Origin: Prasinococcaceae sp. CCMP 1430
Taxonomy: Eukaryota > Plantae > Prasinodermophyta
Direction: 5' to 3'
NCBI GenBank assembly: GCA_013416795.1
Contig: RQSC01000523.1
Location: forward strand, 105,712-134,829
Length of the DNA: 29,118 nt
A program made the position numbers and the translations under genes. Each line of letters begins with the position of its first letter. Position 1 is the stretch's first letter. The notes beneath the pieces are model-generated. The model ran no database searches. It was not told the DNA's origin and worked only from the letters and a program-made list of their open reading frames with translations. Below, in pieces: positions 27,008 to 29,118 of this stretch.

Positions 27008-28000
27008 GCGGGCGGCGCGGGCGGCGGCGTGAGCGGGCAGGGCGCGCCGTCGGCTGGAAGCGCGTGCCAGGCGCTGTTGCTGGCAGTTCAGGCGTGTGGC
27101 GTGAACGAAGCCGCCGTGTGCGAGGCGTCGGAGGAGTGCCTCGGGATGGACGAGGAAATCGAGTGGGCAATTGCTGTGTGCTCATTTGAAGAAGAGGATG
27201 ATGACCCAGTAGTAGATGAGGATACGTTACGCGCGGTGGGGGAGCAGGCGCGCTTCTACCGCGCCAGGGCCACAAAGTGGGCCACAGGCGGCAGCGGCAG
27301 CGGCAGCCGTGGCATGGACGTCAGCGGCGACGTGGACGGCCCTGATGCTGCGTGGGCGGAGCGCGCGCGCCAGGCGTTGCTGCTGGTTACGCAGTTTGCG
27401 GGGGTCAGCGCGGTCGCCGTGCGGAAGGTGCGCGCGATGCGCGACGCGAAGAAGAAGGATCTCGTCCGGGTTCTTGATGAGGTGGCCGAGGAATGGGACA
27501 AATGGCATCCTGAGTCTGGCTTAGACTGGTTGCTCGAACGTGCAGCACACTACGGCATTGCATCTGCGCTCCGCCACGCGCTTTTTCGCGGCGCGAATGT
27601 GCATCAAGCGACGTATTGTCGTTCCGCCGACTGCCTGCGGCTGGTGCTCGAGGCTGGCGGCGACGCGGACAACGTGGACGTCGACGGCAATACGCACTTG
27701 CATCGCATCTTCAGGGAATATACATTCTTGCATTTCCCCCGGTCGGACTGCGCCGACTGCGTGCGGCTGCTGCTCGAGGCGGGCGCCGACAAGAACAAGG
27801 CGAACGCCCGCGGCGAGACACCCTTGCACATCGCGGCGCAGAGACACATTCCCGACTGCCTACGGCTGCTGCTCGAGGCCGGCGCCGACGCATCCGCTCG
27901 CAACAAAGTCGGCCGCACGCCGCTCGATTACGCCGAACGGTGGAACTGCAAGGACGCCGCGGCGGTGCTGCGCCAGCACGCCGCCCCCGGCTCGCCGTAA
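27008..28000 (+). CDS. Ankyrin-repeat protein; frame open from the gap edge
   Basis: Three DC.RL(L/V)LEAG(A/G)D units; GNTHLH, GETPLHIAA, GRTPLDYA. TGTAA at 28045. Confidence 0.8.
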   Translation, partial: AGGAGGGVSGQGAPSAGSACQALLLAVQACGVNEAAVCEASEECLGMDEEIEWAIAVCSFEEEDDDPVVDEDTLRAVGEQARFYRARATKWATGGSGSGSRGMDVSGDVDGPDAAWAERARQALLLVTQFAGVSAVAVRKVRAMRDAKKKDLVRVLDEVAEEWDKWHPESGLDWLLERAAHYGIASALRHALFRGANVHQATYCRSADCLRLVLEAGGDADNVDVDGNTHLHRIFREYTFLHFPRSDCADCVRLLLEAGADKNKANARGETPLHIAAQRHIPDCLRLLLEAGADASARNKVGRTPLDYAERWNCKDAAAVLRQHAAPGSP

Positions 28001-28044
28001 AAGGGCGCGCTCGTCGAGGAGGCGCAAGCAAGCGCCTGCCCTGC

Positions 28045-28049
28045 TGTAA
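28045..28049 (+). terminator. TGTAA poly(A) signal
   Basis: 44 nt after the ankyrin gene stop. Confidence 0.6.
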
Positions 28050-28093
28050 ATGCGTTTGTAGAGCCATGCACGACGCGGGCCTTGGCGCGCGTC

Positions 28094-28095
<2 letters not shown>

Positions 28096-28130
<35 letters not shown>

Positions 28131-28139
28131 CGTGCGTGC
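28096..28139 (+). repeat. (GT)15 microsatellite grading into (GCGT)3
   Basis: Read directly. Confidence 0.95.
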
Positions 28140-28401
28140 TTGGTGGGTGGGAGTGAGGGTGGGGGTGGTGCAGTCGCACACGCGCTGCCGATGGACGGAT
28201 CGTGTTGCTTTACGGATATCGCGTCGCGTCACGCGACGTATTCCTGTCTGTGGCAACTCCACTAACTGCTCGTGCGCCTGCCCGCGCCGGAGTGTGCGGC
28301 GCGAGAGGGCGGTGAGCGCGACGCGTGGTGATGTGCGGCGGCGGTGAGCGCGGCAGAGTTCAGCGCCCCCTTCACGTTGGCGTGCGTGCGCGCGCCTCGC
28401 T

Positions 28402-28889
28402 TTACGCCTTCCTCGGGTGGTCGGCGTTCCACTTGGCCACGGCAGGCAGGCAGTGGACGCGGCTGTAGAGGGCCTGCGTCTTGGGGTATTTCTCAGCCAG
28501 CTGTGCCGGCGGCAGCAGCTGCATGCTCACCAGCCCGGACAGCGTGGTGTACAGCAGGACGTCCGCCACGGAGTACGTGTGCATGGCGGTGGGCGCCTGG
28601 CGTGCGCGTTTGTCGTTGTTTTGGGTGTTGCCGTCGTTTTGGATCGGCGTTGCCGGTGGCGGCGGCGTCAGCAGTCAGACTGGCCATGGCGCCAGGCGCT
28701 CGCGATGGGGCATCTACTACACGTCTGGCAGGGCGCCTGTTCATGCCGCTCACTCACCACGAGGTGGCCGTGGTCGCCCTCGGCGGTGAGGTGCACCTCC
28801 AGCTTGGAGAGCCAGTCGGGGAGGACGGTCGTGGCGATCTTCGTGCGGAGTTCCTCCAGCTCGTCGGCGGGTCCGTTATGTGACATCAT
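28402..28889 (-). CDS. Glutathione S-transferase, C-terminal domain exons (28889-28758, 28596-28402); 5' exons lie outside the window
   Basis: LPDWLSKLEVHL...HLV|APTAMHTYSVADVLLY...KYPKTQALYSRVHCLPAVAKW is a GST_C pattern. GTGAGT...GCCAG intron at 28757-28597, phase 0. Upstream AAG acceptor at 28890. Confidence 0.75.
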
Positions 28890-29118
28890 CTTGAGGGGCA
28901 GGTTGAGGCGGATGTGTGTGTGTTTGTTGGGGGTGACGATTGCGATTGGTTGGTTGGCGACAGCATTGTTGGTTGGGGATGGGGGGGCGGGGTGGGATCG
29001 TGAGGTGGGATGGATGGGACGGATGAATGGGCGCGCGCCGGTCGTCAGCCCCCGGCAGCGGCGCCAGTCGCGGCCGGCGCGTGCTCGATGCGCGCGACGA
29101 GGGCGGCGCGCGGGTGGG

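Noticed and set aside
28096-28139. (GT)n microsatellite as a functional element
   Set aside because: Ordinary simple repeat in a convergent spacer.
1-29118. CRISPR arrays, tRNA/rRNA genes, transposase/integrase/RT genes, prokaryotic operon or defence-system interpretation
   Set aside because: No regularly spaced repeats, RNA-gene signatures or mobile-element ORFs were seen. Introns, LSM8, RRP12 and poly(A) signals show a eukaryotic nuclear locus.

Overview
GC-rich (roughly 70-75% by eye), gene-dense, intron-poor eukaryotic scaffold with three N-gaps. It is most consistent with a green alga (prasinophyte-like): GT-AG introns, TGTAA poly(A) signals after several stop codons, and a chloroplast-type CtpA protease. 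The species cannot be determined from the sequence alone. Gene order: Methyltransf_16-type methyltransferase (+), LSM8 (-), RRP12 (+), secreted Cys-rich tandem-domain protein (-), BBE-like FAD oxidase (+), ankyrin protein (-), ATP-grasp ligase (+), C-terminal half of SCAI (-), low-complexity coiled-coil protein (-), ARID plus ARM-like SWI/SNF subunit (+), ammonium-transporter/PP2C phosphatase fusion (-), AMT1-type ammonium transporter (+), CtpA peptidase (-), ankyrin protein (+), GST C-terminal exons (-). The standout is at 18994-24660. One uninterrupted ORF fuses a degenerate Amt domain (twin-His kept; Phe gate and WFGFNAGS motif lost) to a catalytically intact, green-lineage-type PP2C phosphatase. 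It sits head-to-head with a largely canonical AMT1, from which it appears duplicated and which keeps a Ser at the regulatory C-terminal phosphosite position. This is a candidate eukaryotic ammonium sensor-phosphatase/transporter module. All family calls come from motif recognition by eye; no database searches were run.
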